The position numbers and the translations under genes are program-made. From the NCBI GenBank assembly GCA_963422645.2, contig CAXXVO010000004.1, positions 448,001-512,000 of the forward strand: DNA of 64,000 nt, written 5' to 3'. Origin of the DNA: Alphaproteobacteria bacterium (GTDB taxonomy: Bacteria; Pseudomonadota; Alphaproteobacteria; UBA828). Every line of letters begins with the position of its first letter. The stretch's first letter is position 1. Shown here piece after piece: positions 9,604 to 19,561 of this stretch. Under the pieces are notes generated by a model. It ran no database searches and was not told the origin of the DNA. It was given only the letters and a program-made list of their open reading frames with translations.

Positions 9604-10811
9604 GGGCTCTGATTCGGCGCTGGCCGTGGGTGCCGGCGGCCGTCGTGATCCTCATGCAAGGCTGCGCCCCCGGACCCGATCGACCCGAGCCGGACCGGCT
9701 GGTGCTGCGGCCCGTCTCGTTCCAGGACCTGCCCGGCTGGCAAGCCGACGACCAGAGTGCGGCACTCCAGGCGCTGCGGCGTTCGTGCGCGGCTCTTGAG
9801 GACCGGGCCGACGACGAGCCGCTGGATATCGCAGCGCCGGGCGGCCGCGTCGGCGATTGGCGCGCGATCTGCAGGGCCTCCGCCGGGCTGGAGGGCGTTG
9901 ACCGGGCTCGCGGGTTTTTCGAAGCGCACTTCACGCCCTATGAGGCGCGCAACGGTGCGCAGGCCGCGGGCCTCTTCACTGGCTACTTCGAGCCGGAACT
10001 GCGCGGCGCCACGCGGGCAGGCGGGCGCTATGGCGTGCCGCTCTACGGCCGCCCGGACGATCTGGTGACGGTCGATCTCGGCCTGTTTCGGCCTTCGCTC
10101 GCCGGCGAGCGGGTCGCCGGGCGGGTGGCGAACGCCGCGCTGGAGCCCTATGCGACGCGGGCCGAAATCGACGGCGGCGTGCTGGCGGCGCAGGGGCTGG
10201 AGCTCGTCTGGGTGGACGACCCCGTCGACGCCTTCTTTCTGCACATCCAGGGCTCCGGCCGGATCTCCTTCGAGGACGGTACGACCCGTCGCGTCGCCTA
10301 CGCCGCCACCAACGGGCACAACTACTTCGCGATCGGCCGGCGGCTGGTCGATCTCGGCGTGCTCGACCGCGAGGACGTGACGATGCCGGCGATTCGGGAC
10401 TGGCTGGCAGCGAACCCCGAGCGGGCGTCCGAGGTTATGCGCGAGAACGCGTCCTACGTGTTCTTCCGCTGGCTTGAGGAGGAGCAGGCGACGGAAGGCC
10501 CGGTCGGCGCGCAGGGCGTGGCGCTCACCGCCGGTCGCTCTCTCGCGGTCGACCGACGCTTCGTGCCGATGACCGTGCCGATCTGGCTGGAGAGCGCGGC
10601 ACCCGACCCCGATCCAGCCAGGGAGGATCGCCCGCTCAGGCGCCTGATGGTGGCACAGGATACCGGCAGCGCGATCCGCGGCCCGGTGCGCGGCGACGTC
10701 TTCTGGGGTACGGGTGCCGAGGCCGGCGCGGTCGCCGGCCGCATGAGGCACGAGGGCCGCTACTGGCTGCTCCTGCCCCACGGTCTCGACGTAAGGGCGT
10801 ACCTCGATTAG
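9600..10811 (+). CDS. mltA: Membrane-bound lytic murein transglycosylase A (lipoprotein)
   Basis: Lipobox-like MQGC; FTGYFEP, FFLHIQGSG, AQDTGSAIRGPVRGDVFWG. Confidence 0.93.
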   Translation: MRALIRRWPWVPAAVVILMQGCAPGPDRPEPDRLVLRPVSFQDLPGWQADDQSAALQALRRSCAALEDRADDEPLDIAAPGGRVGDWRAICRASAGLEGVDRARGFFEAHFTPYEARNGAQAAGLFTGYFEPELRGATRAGGRYGVPLYGRPDDLVTVDLGLFRPSLAGERVAGRVANAALEPYATRAEIDGGVLAAQGLELVWVDDPVDAFFLHIQGSGRISFEDGTTRRVAYAATNGHNYFAIGRRLVDLGVLDREDVTMPAIRDWLAANPERASEVMRENASYVFFRWLEEEQATEGPVGAQGVALTAGRSLAVDRRFVPMTVPIWLESAAPDPDPAREDRPLRRLMVAQDTGSAIRGPVRGDVFWGTGAEAGAVAGRMRHEGRYWLLLPHGLDVRAYLD

Positions 10812-10847
10812 TCTCTCGGTTCCTTTTCCCAGGTTGTAGAGCCGTCC

Positions 10848-11621
10848 ATGCCCGCAACGCCTCGCCGGGTCGGCCTCTTCGTGACATGCCTCGTCGACCT
10901 GTTCCGGCCGACCGTGGGCTTCGCCGCGGCGAAGCTGCTGGAGCGCGCCGGCTGCGAGGTGGTCGTGCCGAAGGCGCAGGTCTGCTGCGGCCAGCCCGCC
11001 TACAACTCCGGCGACCGCGCCGATACCAAGGCGATCGCGCGCAACGTGATCGATGCCTTCGAGCCCTTCGATGCGACCGTGGCGCCGTCGGGCTCCTGCG
11101 CCGGCATGATCAAGCGCCACTATCCGGCGCTCTTCGCCGGTGACCCGGTCTGGGAGGCGCGCGCCCAGCGCCTCGCCGAGCGCACCTTCGAGCTTGTCTC
11201 GTTCCTGACCGATCAGTGCGGCGTCGAGTCCGTGGACGCGCGCCATAGGGGAAGGGTCACCTACCACGACTCCTGTTCGAGCTTGCGCGAGCTTGGGGTC
11301 CGGGCGCAGCCGCGGCGGCTGCTCGCGAGCGTCGATGGGCTTGAGCTTGCCGAGCTCTCGGCGCCCGATGTCTGCTGCGGCTTCGGCGGAACCTTCTGCG
11401 TCAAGTACCCCGACATCTCGGGCCGCATGGTGACGGACAAGGCGAAGGACATCGCCGCCACCGGCGCGGACACGGTGCTCGCCAGCGACATGGGCTGCCT
11501 GCTCAACATCGCGGGCCGGCTGAGCCGCGAGGGCTCGGGCGTGAAGGTGCGCCACGTCGCCGAGGTGCTTGCCGGCATGGACGACCGCCCCGCCATCGGC
11601 GAGCCGGCGCGGGGCGGTTGA
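10848..11621 (+). CDS. lutA: Lactate utilization protein A (CCG domains, LutA/LldE)
   Basis: LFVTCLVD, CCGQPAYNSG, YHDSC, CCGFGGTF. Confidence 0.92.
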   Translation: MPATPRRVGLFVTCLVDLFRPTVGFAAAKLLERAGCEVVVPKAQVCCGQPAYNSGDRADTKAIARNVIDAFEPFDATVAPSGSCAGMIKRHYPALFAGDPVWEARAQRLAERTFELVSFLTDQCGVESVDARHRGRVTYHDSCSSLRELGVRAQPRRLLASVDGLELAELSAPDVCCGFGGTFCVKYPDISGRMVTDKAKDIAATGADTVLASDMGCLLNIAGRLSREGSGVKVRHVAEVLAGMDDRPAIGEPARGG

Positions 11622-11644
11622 AGGCCGCGTAAGGGCGCTGAGCC

Positions 11645-13063
11645 ATGGACGCCACCAGCCGCACCTTCGTCGCCAACGCCCGCGCCGGACTGCAGGACGC
11701 CGATCTGCAAACCTCGCTCGCGCGCTTCCAGGGCGGCTTTCAGGTCAAGCGTCTGGAGGCAGCCGAGCGCCTGCCGGAGTTCGAGGCGCTGCGCGACGAG
11801 GCGCGCGCGATCAAGGACCACACCCTCGCCCATCTCGACCATTACCTGGAGCGCTACGAAGAGCAGGTGAGGGCGAGTGGTGGGACCGTGCATTGGTGCC
11901 AGACGCCCGAGGATGCGCGCCAGGTCATCCTCTCCCTCTGCCGGGAGGCCGGCGCGAAGACGGTGACCAAGAGCAAGTCCATGATCGCCGAGGAGATGGA
12001 GCTCAACCCCTTCCTCGAAGAGCATGGCATCGAGCCGGTGGAAACCGACCTCGGCGAGTACGTCGTGCAGCTTGCCGAAGAACGGCCGAGCCACATCATC
12101 GCGCCGGCGGTGCACAAGACCCGGGATCAGGTCGCCGATCTCTTTCACGAGAAGCACACACCCCTCGGCCGCACCCGCCGGCTCGACCGCGTGGAGGAGC
12201 TGGTGGAGGAGGCGCGCGAGGTGCTGCGCCCGCGCTATTTCGCCGCCGACGTCGGCATCACGGGCGCGAACTTCCTGATCGCGGAGACAGGCTCGTCCAC
12301 CATCGTCACCAACGAAGGCAACGGGGACCTCACCCAGATCCTGCCGCGCGTCCACATCGTGATTGCGACGCTCGAGAAGGTGGTGCCGACGCTGGAGGAC
12401 GCGACCACGATCATGCGCGTGCTCGCGCGCTCGGCGACGGGGCAGGAGTTTTCCACCTACACGACGGTCTCGACCGGCCCCCGCAGGCCCGACGATTCCG
12501 ACGGGCCCGAGGCCTATCACGTGGTGCTGCTCGACAACGGGCGCTCGCGGATTCTGGGCTCCGAGTTCCGGGAGGTGCTCCGCTGCATCAAGTGCGGGGC
12601 CTGCATGAACCACTGCCCGGTGTACGGCACGGTGGGCGGCCACGCCTACGGCTGGGTCTATCCCGGGCCGGTCGGTGCCGTGCTGACGCCCAACCTGATC
12701 GGCCTCGAAGAGGCGCGCCACTTGCCCAACGCTTCGAGCTTCTGCGGCCGTTGCGAGGAGGTCTGCCCCATGCGCATCCCGCTGCCGGGGCTGATGCGCA
12801 AGCTCCGGGAGCAGGAGTTCGAGCGGCGGCTCAACCCGGCGGCCGTCCGCAGCGGGATCGGCGCCTGGGCCTGGCTCGTCCGGCGGCCGGCGCTCTATCG
12901 TTGCCTGACCGGCCTCGGCATCCGCGTGCTTGGCATGCTCGGTCGGCGGCGCGGGCACTTCACGCGGCTGCCGCTCGCCGGCGGCTGGACCGCCGCGCGC
13001 GACCTGCCGGCGCCCGAGGGGGCGACCTTTCACGCGCTCTGGCGCAAGGGGCGGCGGGCATGA
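11645..13063 (+). CDS. lutB: Lactate utilization protein B (4Fe-4S, LutB/LldF)
   Basis: ETDLGEY, PSHIIAPA, CIKCGACMNHCP, CGRCEEVCP. Confidence 0.94.
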   Translation: MDATSRTFVANARAGLQDADLQTSLARFQGGFQVKRLEAAERLPEFEALRDEARAIKDHTLAHLDHYLERYEEQVRASGGTVHWCQTPEDARQVILSLCREAGAKTVTKSKSMIAEEMELNPFLEEHGIEPVETDLGEYVVQLAEERPSHIIAPAVHKTRDQVADLFHEKHTPLGRTRRLDRVEELVEEAREVLRPRYFAADVGITGANFLIAETGSSTIVTNEGNGDLTQILPRVHIVIATLEKVVPTLEDATTIMRVLARSATGQEFSTYTTVSTGPRRPDDSDGPEAYHVVLLDNGRSRILGSEFREVLRCIKCGACMNHCPVYGTVGGHAYGWVYPGPVGAVLTPNLIGLEEARHLPNASSFCGRCEEVCPMRIPLPGLMRKLREQEFERRLNPAAVRSGIGAWAWLVRRPALYRCLTGLGIRVLGMLGRRRGHFTRLPLAGGWTAARDLPAPEGATFHALWRKGRRA

Positions 13064-13764
13064 GCGCGGCAAGCGGACGCGACGCCATCCTTGGCTCGAT
13101 CCGCCGCTCGCTCGGCCGCGGAGCGCTGGACGAGACGGCACGCGCCGCGCTCGACGAGCGCATGGCGAAGCCCGCGCCGAACCTCGTGCCGGCGCGAACC
13201 GATATTTCCCAGGACGAGAGGGTCGCGCTTTTCACCTCGATGGCCGAGGCTGTGTTCGCGACCGTGGACCGCGTCTCCGGTCCCGACGCGGTGCCGGGCG
13301 CGGTTGCCGACTACCTGGCGCAGCACAACCTGCCGCCGGCGCTGGTGATGGCGCCGGATCCCGCGCTCGACGCCTATCCCTGGGGCGAGCGGCCGATGCT
13401 CGCCATCCGCCGAGGCCGGGCGGAGGAGGCCGACCGCGTCGGCGTGACCGGCGCCGTGATGGGCTTCGCCGAGACCGGCACCCTGATGATGACCTCCGGC
13501 CCGGACCATCCCTCCACGCTCAACTTCGTGCCCGAGAACCATGTCGTCGTGCTGCCGGCGGAGAAGATCGGCGGCGCCTACGAGGAGGGCTGGGCGCATC
13601 TGCGGTCTGAAGGCGGGTCGAATGCAGACGCCAACTTCATGCCGCGCACGGTCAACCTCGTCACCGGCCCGTCGCGCACCGCCGACATCGAGCAGACCAT
13701 CGCGCTCGGCGCCCACGGGCCGCGCCGCCTGCACATCGTGATCGTGGAAGGCGACGGGTCATGA
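13060..13764 (+). CDS. lutC: Lactate utilization protein C (LUD domain, LutC/LldG)
   Basis: AETGT, TGPSRTADIEQ, GAHGPRRLH; ATGA overlap with lutB. Confidence 0.92.
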   Translation: MSAASGRDAILGSIRRSLGRGALDETARAALDERMAKPAPNLVPARTDISQDERVALFTSMAEAVFATVDRVSGPDAVPGAVADYLAQHNLPPALVMAPDPALDAYPWGERPMLAIRRGRAEEADRVGVTGAVMGFAETGTLMMTSGPDHPSTLNFVPENHVVVLPAEKIGGAYEEGWAHLRSEGGSNADANFMPRTVNLVTGPSRTADIEQTIALGAHGPRRLHIVIVEGDGS

Positions 13765-14357
13765 GCGAGAACGGCCGTCGTATACGGGACGAGGAGGCGG
13801 CGCTCTGGCAGCGCATCTCCCGCGACGTGACGCCGCTCCCGCGCGGCATCGTGGCGCTGGAAGAGGCGGAGACACTGGAGGAGGAGGCCCCACCGCCGCC
13901 AGCGCCAAAGAAGATCAAGAAGCCTCGCCGGGCGGCGCCCGCGGCGACCCCGCCGCCGCCGCGCCCGCCGGCGCTCCCCGAGCTCGACCCGGTGGCGCCT
14001 GTGGGCGTCGACCGGCGCACGGTGCGGCGGCTGAAGCGGGGGCAACTCACGGCCGAGGCGCGGCTCGATCTCCACGGCAGGACGCAGGACCAGGCGCACG
14101 ACGCGCTCCAGAGCTTCATCCAGGAAAGCCGCATGGCGCGCCGCCGCTGCGTGCTGGTCATCACCGGCAAGGGCTCGGTCGCGAGCGGCAAGGGCGGCGT
14201 GCTGCGCCAGATGGTGCCGCGCTGGCTCAACGAGCCGGCGCTGCGCCGGCACATCATCGCCATCACCAACGCGCCCCAGAGCAGCGGCGGCGCCGGCGCG
14301 CTCTACGTGCTGCTCAAGAGCCGGGAGCCGCTCGACCCCGATCGTGGCGCCGGCTAA
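13761..14357 (+). CDS. Smr/MutS2 C-terminal domain endonuclease
   Basis: RLDLHG, LVITGKG, GGAGALYVLL. Confidence 0.92.
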   Translation: MSENGRRIRDEEAALWQRISRDVTPLPRGIVALEEAETLEEEAPPPPAPKKIKKPRRAAPAATPPPPRPPALPELDPVAPVGVDRRTVRRLKRGQLTAEARLDLHGRTQDQAHDALQSFIQESRMARRRCVLVITGKGSVASGKGGVLRQMVPRWLNEPALRRHIIAITNAPQSSGGAGALYVLLKSREPLDPDRGAG

Positions 14358-14748
14358 CCCGGACAAGCCAGAGGCCAGCGAGGTCGCCGACGGGCTGATC
14401 GCCTTCCTGGACCGGCTGACGCGGCGCCTTGCGCTGGAGGTCCACACCCTCTGGCTGGTGTTCCGCCACCGGGAGACCCCCTGGCCGGTCAAGGCGGTGC
14501 TGATCCTCCTGCTGGCCTATCTCGCGAGCCCCATCGACCTGATCCCCGACGTCATTCCCGTGCTCGGGATGCTCGACGACCTCGTGGTGGCCACGTTCGC
14601 TCTCTGGCTCGCCTATCGGCTGACGCCGCGCCACGTGATGGAGGAGTGCCGTGCCAAGGCCAGTGAGGCGGCTGCGGGGAAGGAGGGCTGGATCTCGAAG
14701 CTCTGGCGCAAGCTCACCGGGCAGGAACGTCCCGACCACATGGGCTGA
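14344..14748 (+). CDS. DUF1232/YkvA family membrane protein
   Basis: YLASPIDLIPDVIPVLGMLDD. Confidence 0.88.
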   Translation: MAPANPDKPEASEVADGLIAFLDRLTRRLALEVHTLWLVFRHRETPWPVKAVLILLLAYLASPIDLIPDVIPVLGMLDDLVVATFALWLAYRLTPRHVMEECRAKASEAAAGKEGWISKLWRKLTGQERPDHMG

Positions 14749-14900
14749 GGGCCGACCCCACGCGCCGCGAAATTCACAAAAGAGTCATATTGGTAGCCAC
14801 GCTTGTCATGGCCGATGTCATCGGGCAATTTGCCGGCGCTTCCGTCGGCCGTCCTGCCTCTAGCGGCTGAGGGAGAGGCGGGACGCGCGTTAGGGAGGAA

Positions 14901-15332
14901 ATGATGCGACCGAATATCCCCGAAGAAACCGGCATTCAGCTCGATCAGGGCCGGGCCTCGACCGATGACTTCATTACCCGCACCTACGTGTTGCCGCTGC
15001 TCTCCGATCCGGAGACGCGGGCGCGGCTGATCGAGGAGCACCGCAACAATCCGGTCGGCAAGCCCGGCAAGGCCGGAAAGGCCGGCGTCGGCCACAGCCC
15101 CGATCTGATTACCGTGATCGACAAGCTGCGCCGCGCGCCGATGACGGGCAAGTACGTGCGGATCTGCACCAAGCCCCACGAGGAATACCGCATCGGTATC
15201 ACCTCCGGCGTGCGCGGGGAGCCGGTCAAGATCCTGGAGGACGAGGCGTATCCGAGCGAGGACGCGTGCGAGCACGCGATCTTCGTGAAGCGCGTCAACG
15301 ACCTGCTCGCGCTCTACGGCTATGGCTCGTAG
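14901..15332 (+). CDS. dmfA1: N,N-dimethylformamidase small subunit
   Basis: LIEEHRNNPVG...HSPDL...APMTGKYV...EHAIFVKRV; immediately upstream of the large subunit; GGGAGG RBS. Confidence 0.82.
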   Translation: MMRPNIPEETGIQLDQGRASTDDFITRTYVLPLLSDPETRARLIEEHRNNPVGKPGKAGKAGVGHSPDLITVIDKLRRAPMTGKYVRICTKPHEEYRIGITSGVRGEPVKILEDEAYPSEDACEHAIFVKRVNDLLALYGYGS

Positions 15333-15376
15333 ACGCCACCTCTGAATTCGACGAACACACGGTTGGGAGACACGAC

Positions 15377-17725
15377 ATGCTGCGGATCACCGGATACAGC
15401 GACTGCTACTCGATCCGTCCGGGCGATGACATCACCTTCTATGTGAACTCCGAGAACGACGAAGACTACGAGGCCAAGCTCGTCCGCCTCATCCACGGCG
15501 ACACCAATCCCGACGGGCCGGGCTACAAGGAAGAAGAGATCGACGCGCCCTTCGACGGCAACCACACGGGGCGCAACCAAGAGATCCACGGCGGCTCTTA
15601 CGTAATCGTGCCGCACGACGAGCGCATGTCCGTGTCGAGCTTCACCATTCAGGCCTTCATCTTCCCGACGACGCCGACAAAGGGCCGCCAGGGCATCCTC
15701 ACCAAGTGGGTGAACGACACCGGCTACGGGCTCTTCGTCGACGACGACGGCAGCCTCGCGTTCTGCATCGGCGACGGCAACCACGTGCACAAGCTTTCCA
15801 GCGGCAAGCCGCTGCTGCGCAAGGTCTGGTACCTCGCAGCCGCCTCGTATGACGCGGAGAGCGGCGAGATGCACCTCTATCAGGAGCCGGTGGTGACGTC
15901 CGCCAACGGCGGCCTCGGCATGGCGCTGCTGCATCCGGCGGAGGAGACCACGGCCGAGGTCTCGGACAGCTGCAGCACCGGACCCGGCGCCAACGACGCG
16001 CCCTTCCTCATGGCGGCATCGACGAAGGTCTCGGATTCGGGCCGCTCGATCTGCGGCGCGCACTACAGGGAGGCGCTGACCCCGGTGGGGCTGCCGGAGC
16101 AGTGCGACACCTACAACGGCAAGATCGACCGCCCCAGGCTCACCGCCGCCGCACTCGGCAAGCATGAGATCGATGCGCTGGCGCGGGGTTTCAAGGGCTG
16201 CCCGGCGGACCTGCGGCGCAGCGTGGTCGGCGCCTGGGACTTCCAGGCCAACATCACCAAGAGCATCGCATCCACCTACATCATCGATACCTCGCCCAAC
16301 GTGCTGAACGGCTTTGCGATCAACCTGCCGGCGCGCGGCATGACCGGCTACAACTGGACAGGCGACGAGATCGTCTACCACCACGCGCCGGAGGAATACG
16401 GAGCGATCCACTTCCACGACGACGATATCGACGACGCCAGGTGGGACGCGGACTTCGGCTTCACCGCGCCCGAGGGGCTGAAGAGCGGCTTCTACGCCGC
16501 GCGGCTCCGCATCGGCGGTGAGGAGTCGTCGGCCACCGAGGACTACATCCCCTTCGTCGTGCGCCCGCCCAAGGACCAGCCCACGGCAAAGGTCGCGGTG
16601 ATCATCCCGACCAACAGCTACCTCGCCTATTCCAACGACAACCTGGCCACCAACTCGGTGGTGGCGCAGCTGCTGGCCGGCAAGGTGCCGCTGATGCAGG
16701 CCTCCGACCTCTACCTCAACGAGCATCGCGAGTACGGCCTCTCGACCTACTCGCTGCACTCGGACGGCAGCGGCGTCTGCTACTCGTCGAGGCTGCGGCC
16801 GATCCTCAACATGCGGCCGAAGTACCGGCACTGGCTCTCGCCCTCGCTCTGGCAGCTCAACGGCGACCTGCACCTCACCGACTGGCTGGAGGCCGTGGGC
16901 TTCGACTACGACCTGCACACCGACGAGGACCTGGATCGCGAGGGCGTCGCTCTGCTCAACCAGTACCGCGTGGTGCTGACGGGCTCGCATCCCGAGTACT
17001 CGTCCGAGGCCATGATCGACGCCTACGAGGCCTACCAGCACCAGGGCGGCCGTTGGCTCTACCTCGGCGCCGACGGCTTTTACTGGTGCAGCCAGTACCA
17101 CCCGGACAACGGGAACATCATCGAGGTGCGCAAGGGCGAGGCGGGCACCCGCGCCTGGACCGCCAACCCCGGCGAGTACAACAACGCCTTCGACGGCAAG
17201 TTCGGCGGCATGTGGCGGGCGCGGGGGCGGATCCCGAGCAAGGTCTGCGGCCTCACCTTCACGGCCTACGGTTTCGACGTGTCGTCCTACTACCGGCGCG
17301 AGGCCGACAGCTTCCGCTCGGAGTGCGAGTGGATCTTCAAGGGCATCGGCGATGACGAGATTATCGGCGACTTCGGGCTGGTGGGCGGCGGCGCCGCGGG
17401 GCTGGAGCTCGACCGCTACGACCTCGAGTTCGGCACGCCGCACCACGGCTATCTGCTCGCCCGCTCGGAAGGCCACACCGACCTGATGCTCCAGGTCAAC
17501 GAGGAGATCCACTTCGCCTGCCGGGGATATTACGGTGGCGGGCACGAGAACCCGCAGATCCGGGCCGATATGATCTACTACAAGACGCCCAACGACGGCG
17601 CGGTGTTCGGGCCCGGCTCTCTGGTCTGGTGCGGCAGCCTTTCGCACAACGACTACGACAACAACGTCTCCAAGATCATGGAGAACGTGATCAACGGCTT
17701 CCTCCAGGACGGGCCGCTGCCCTGA
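15377..17725 (+). CDS. dmfA2: N,N-dimethylformamidase large subunit
   Basis: ITGYSD, LVRLIHGDTNPDGPG, YGAIHFHDDD, YLAYSN, GLSTY, TGSHPEY and GAAGLELDRY motifs. Confidence 0.9.
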   Translation: MLRITGYSDCYSIRPGDDITFYVNSENDEDYEAKLVRLIHGDTNPDGPGYKEEEIDAPFDGNHTGRNQEIHGGSYVIVPHDERMSVSSFTIQAFIFPTTPTKGRQGILTKWVNDTGYGLFVDDDGSLAFCIGDGNHVHKLSSGKPLLRKVWYLAAASYDAESGEMHLYQEPVVTSANGGLGMALLHPAEETTAEVSDSCSTGPGANDAPFLMAASTKVSDSGRSICGAHYREALTPVGLPEQCDTYNGKIDRPRLTAAALGKHEIDALARGFKGCPADLRRSVVGAWDFQANITKSIASTYIIDTSPNVLNGFAINLPARGMTGYNWTGDEIVYHHAPEEYGAIHFHDDDIDDARWDADFGFTAPEGLKSGFYAARLRIGGEESSATEDYIPFVVRPPKDQPTAKVAVIIPTNSYLAYSNDNLATNSVVAQLLAGKVPLMQASDLYLNEHREYGLSTYSLHSDGSGVCYSSRLRPILNMRPKYRHWLSPSLWQLNGDLHLTDWLEAVGFDYDLHTDEDLDREGVALLNQYRVVLTGSHPEYSSEAMIDAYEAYQHQGGRWLYLGADGFYWCSQYHPDNGNIIEVRKGEAGTRAWTANPGEYNNAFDGKFGGMWRARGRIPSKVCGLTFTAYGFDVSSYYRREADSFRSECEWIFKGIGDDEIIGDFGLVGGGAAGLELDRYDLEFGTPHHGYLLARSEGHTDLMLQVNEEIHFACRGYYGGGHENPQIRADMIYYKTPNDGAVFGPGSLVWCGSLSHNDYDNNVSKIMENVINGFLQDGPLP

Positions 17726-17793
17726 CCCGGAGGAGTCGACACAAGCGGCGGCAGGGGTAAGGCCGCCGCAGCCTGGACGGAGAGAGACTGCGG

Positions 17794-18180
17794 ATGAGCA
17801 TTTCGGACAAGACCCGCAGCTCTCTCATGCCCATGATCATGCCCCCGCCGGGCAAGAAGATGCTGCCCACCCGCGCGCAGGCGACCGCGCTGGAGGAGGC
17901 GTTGCTCGGCGGCCTCGATCCCGACAAGCTCAACGATCTCTCCGAGGTGCTCTTCGCGCTGAACGCCCACAAGCTGGGGCCGATCCCCGGCTTCTACGTG
18001 GTGGTCTGCACCAAGCCGGACGAGGAGTGGTGCGTGGGCCAGCTCGCCGCCGACCGCGCCAAGCCGCTGATCATGTTCGAGGACATGCGTTTCGATAAGC
18101 CGGAGGCGGCGCTGGCTGCGGCCGAGAAGCTCAAGGCCGAGGACGACGCCGCCGGCCGCAGCCCCATCGTCACCGGCTGA
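17794..18180 (+). CDS. Paralogue of the DMFase small subunit (hypothetical)
   Basis: PGFYVVVCTKPDEEWCVGQLAADRAKPLIMFED aligns by eye with the dmfA1 segment TGKYVRICTKPHEEYRIGITSGVRGEPVKILED. Confidence 0.7.
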   Translation: MSISDKTRSSLMPMIMPPPGKKMLPTRAQATALEEALLGGLDPDKLNDLSEVLFALNAHKLGPIPGFYVVVCTKPDEEWCVGQLAADRAKPLIMFEDMRFDKPEAALAAAEKLKAEDDAAGRSPIVTG

Positions 18181-18209
18181 TGCGGAACGGGTACCAGACG
18201 ACGCGGGCG

Positions 18210-18422
18210 TCACAGATCGTCAGGTGTCAATCCCGTCCGCTTCGCAATACGGGCCAGCATGCGAGGCCCGATCTCTTCTTTGTCATGGAACGCAAAGATG
18301 AAGTCCGGGTATCCCTCTCGCGACAGGGTTCGGTGAGACCCCGACGAACGCTTGATCTTCCATCCGATGCGCTCTAAAGCAGCGAGCACGCGGCGCGCTC
18401 GCGCGCTACCCCATCGGCTCAT
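18210..18422 (-). CDS. hicA: HicA family toxin
   Basis: 70 aa; LERIGW...GSHRTL...FHDKEEIGPRMLARIAK. Confidence 0.88.
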   Translation of the reverse strand: MSRWGSARARRVLAALERIGWKIKRSSGSHRTLSREGYPDFIFAFHDKEEIGPRMLARIAKRTGLTPDDL

Positions 18423-18625
18423 GCGGCGGCGAAGGTGATCCTGATCGGCTCGGCAGGCTGCTCTCCCGCTTCGATCCTTTCCGCCAGGACCCGAAGTGCC
18501 AGGGCCTCGACCCGGGCGATCGCCTCGCCCCGGCTCTCCCCATACGTCATCGCACCCGGGATCTCGGCGATCTCGGCGATCCAGCGCCCGTCCTCTTCCC
18601 GCTCGACTTCTATCGTAAACCGCAT
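18419..18625 (-). CDS. hicB: HicB family antitoxin (short form)
   Basis: 68 aa; EREEDGRWIAEIAEIPGAMTYGESRGEAI; ATGA overlap with hicA. Confidence 0.88.
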   Translation of the reverse strand: MRFTIEVEREEDGRWIAEIAEIPGAMTYGESRGEAIARVEALALRVLAERIEAGEQPAEPIRITFAAA

Positions 18626-18781
18626 CCGCCTGTCGCCCGCTCGTGGAGCACCTACTGCCGAATTCGCGCGGCACTCTCGAATGCGAGTGTCACCGAGCGC
18701 GGGCATGTTGTCCAGCCGCGGGCCGGAGCCCCATCGTCGCGGGCTGATGCGGAAGCGCCCGACTCAACCGCCCCTTAGCCG

Positions 18782-19561
18782 ATGACCGCGACAGAGCGCC
18801 TCGCCAGCCTGCCGATGTACTGTGAGGCCGAGCTGCGCCCTGCGACGGAGCGCTGGTGGGCGGGCCTCGCCCGGCACCTGCGGGATCACGGGGTGCGGGA
18901 CGTTCCCGATGCGCTGACGTGGCCGGACGACTATCACGGTCATTGGCGCGCGCCCGGGCTGCTCTTCAGCCAGACCTGCGGCTATCCCCTGGTACACCTC
19001 ATCGGGCCGGCGGTGAAGCTCATCGCGACTCCCAGCTACGATGCGCCGGGATGCGAAGTCGCCGGGTATGCGGCGCACGTCGTCGTCCGCGAGAGTGCCG
19101 AGGCTGGGGGCGTCGGCGACCTGCGGGGCTGCCGGCTGGCCGTCAACGGCGTGACCTCCTTTTCGGGCTACCACGTCTGGCGGCGCATCCTGGCGGCCGG
19201 CGACGACGTGCAGTCCTTCTTCGGGGACATCGAGACATCTGGCTCCCACCGCGCCAGCATCCGCTGCGTTGCCGCGGGGGAGGCCGACGCCTGCGCGGTC
19301 GATTGCGTCACCCACGCGCTGCTCTCCGACCAGTCCGCAGACGAGCTGCGCGGCACCCGGATCCTGGCCTCGTCGCCGTCCGCGCCGGGCATGCCCTACG
19401 TCACCAGCGCTGCGACGCCGGACGAAGATATCGAGCGGTTGCGGGCGGGGCTCCTCGCCGCCATCGCCGACCCGTCGTTGACACCCGCACGCAAGGAACT
19501 TCGCCTCACCGGCGCGAGCGTCCTGAGCGACGAGGAGTACCGCAACGCGTTCCAGGATTAG
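18782..19561 (+). CDS. PhnD/SsuA/transferrin-family substrate-binding-like protein
   Basis: ASLPMY, SQTCGYP, SGSHRASI, ADACAVDCVT. Confidence 0.8.
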   Translation: MTATERLASLPMYCEAELRPATERWWAGLARHLRDHGVRDVPDALTWPDDYHGHWRAPGLLFSQTCGYPLVHLIGPAVKLIATPSYDAPGCEVAGYAAHVVVRESAEAGGVGDLRGCRLAVNGVTSFSGYHVWRRILAAGDDVQSFFGDIETSGSHRASIRCVAAGEADACAVDCVTHALLSDQSADELRGTRILASSPSAPGMPYVTSAATPDEDIERLRAGLLAAIADPSLTPARKELRLTGASVLSDEEYRNAFQD

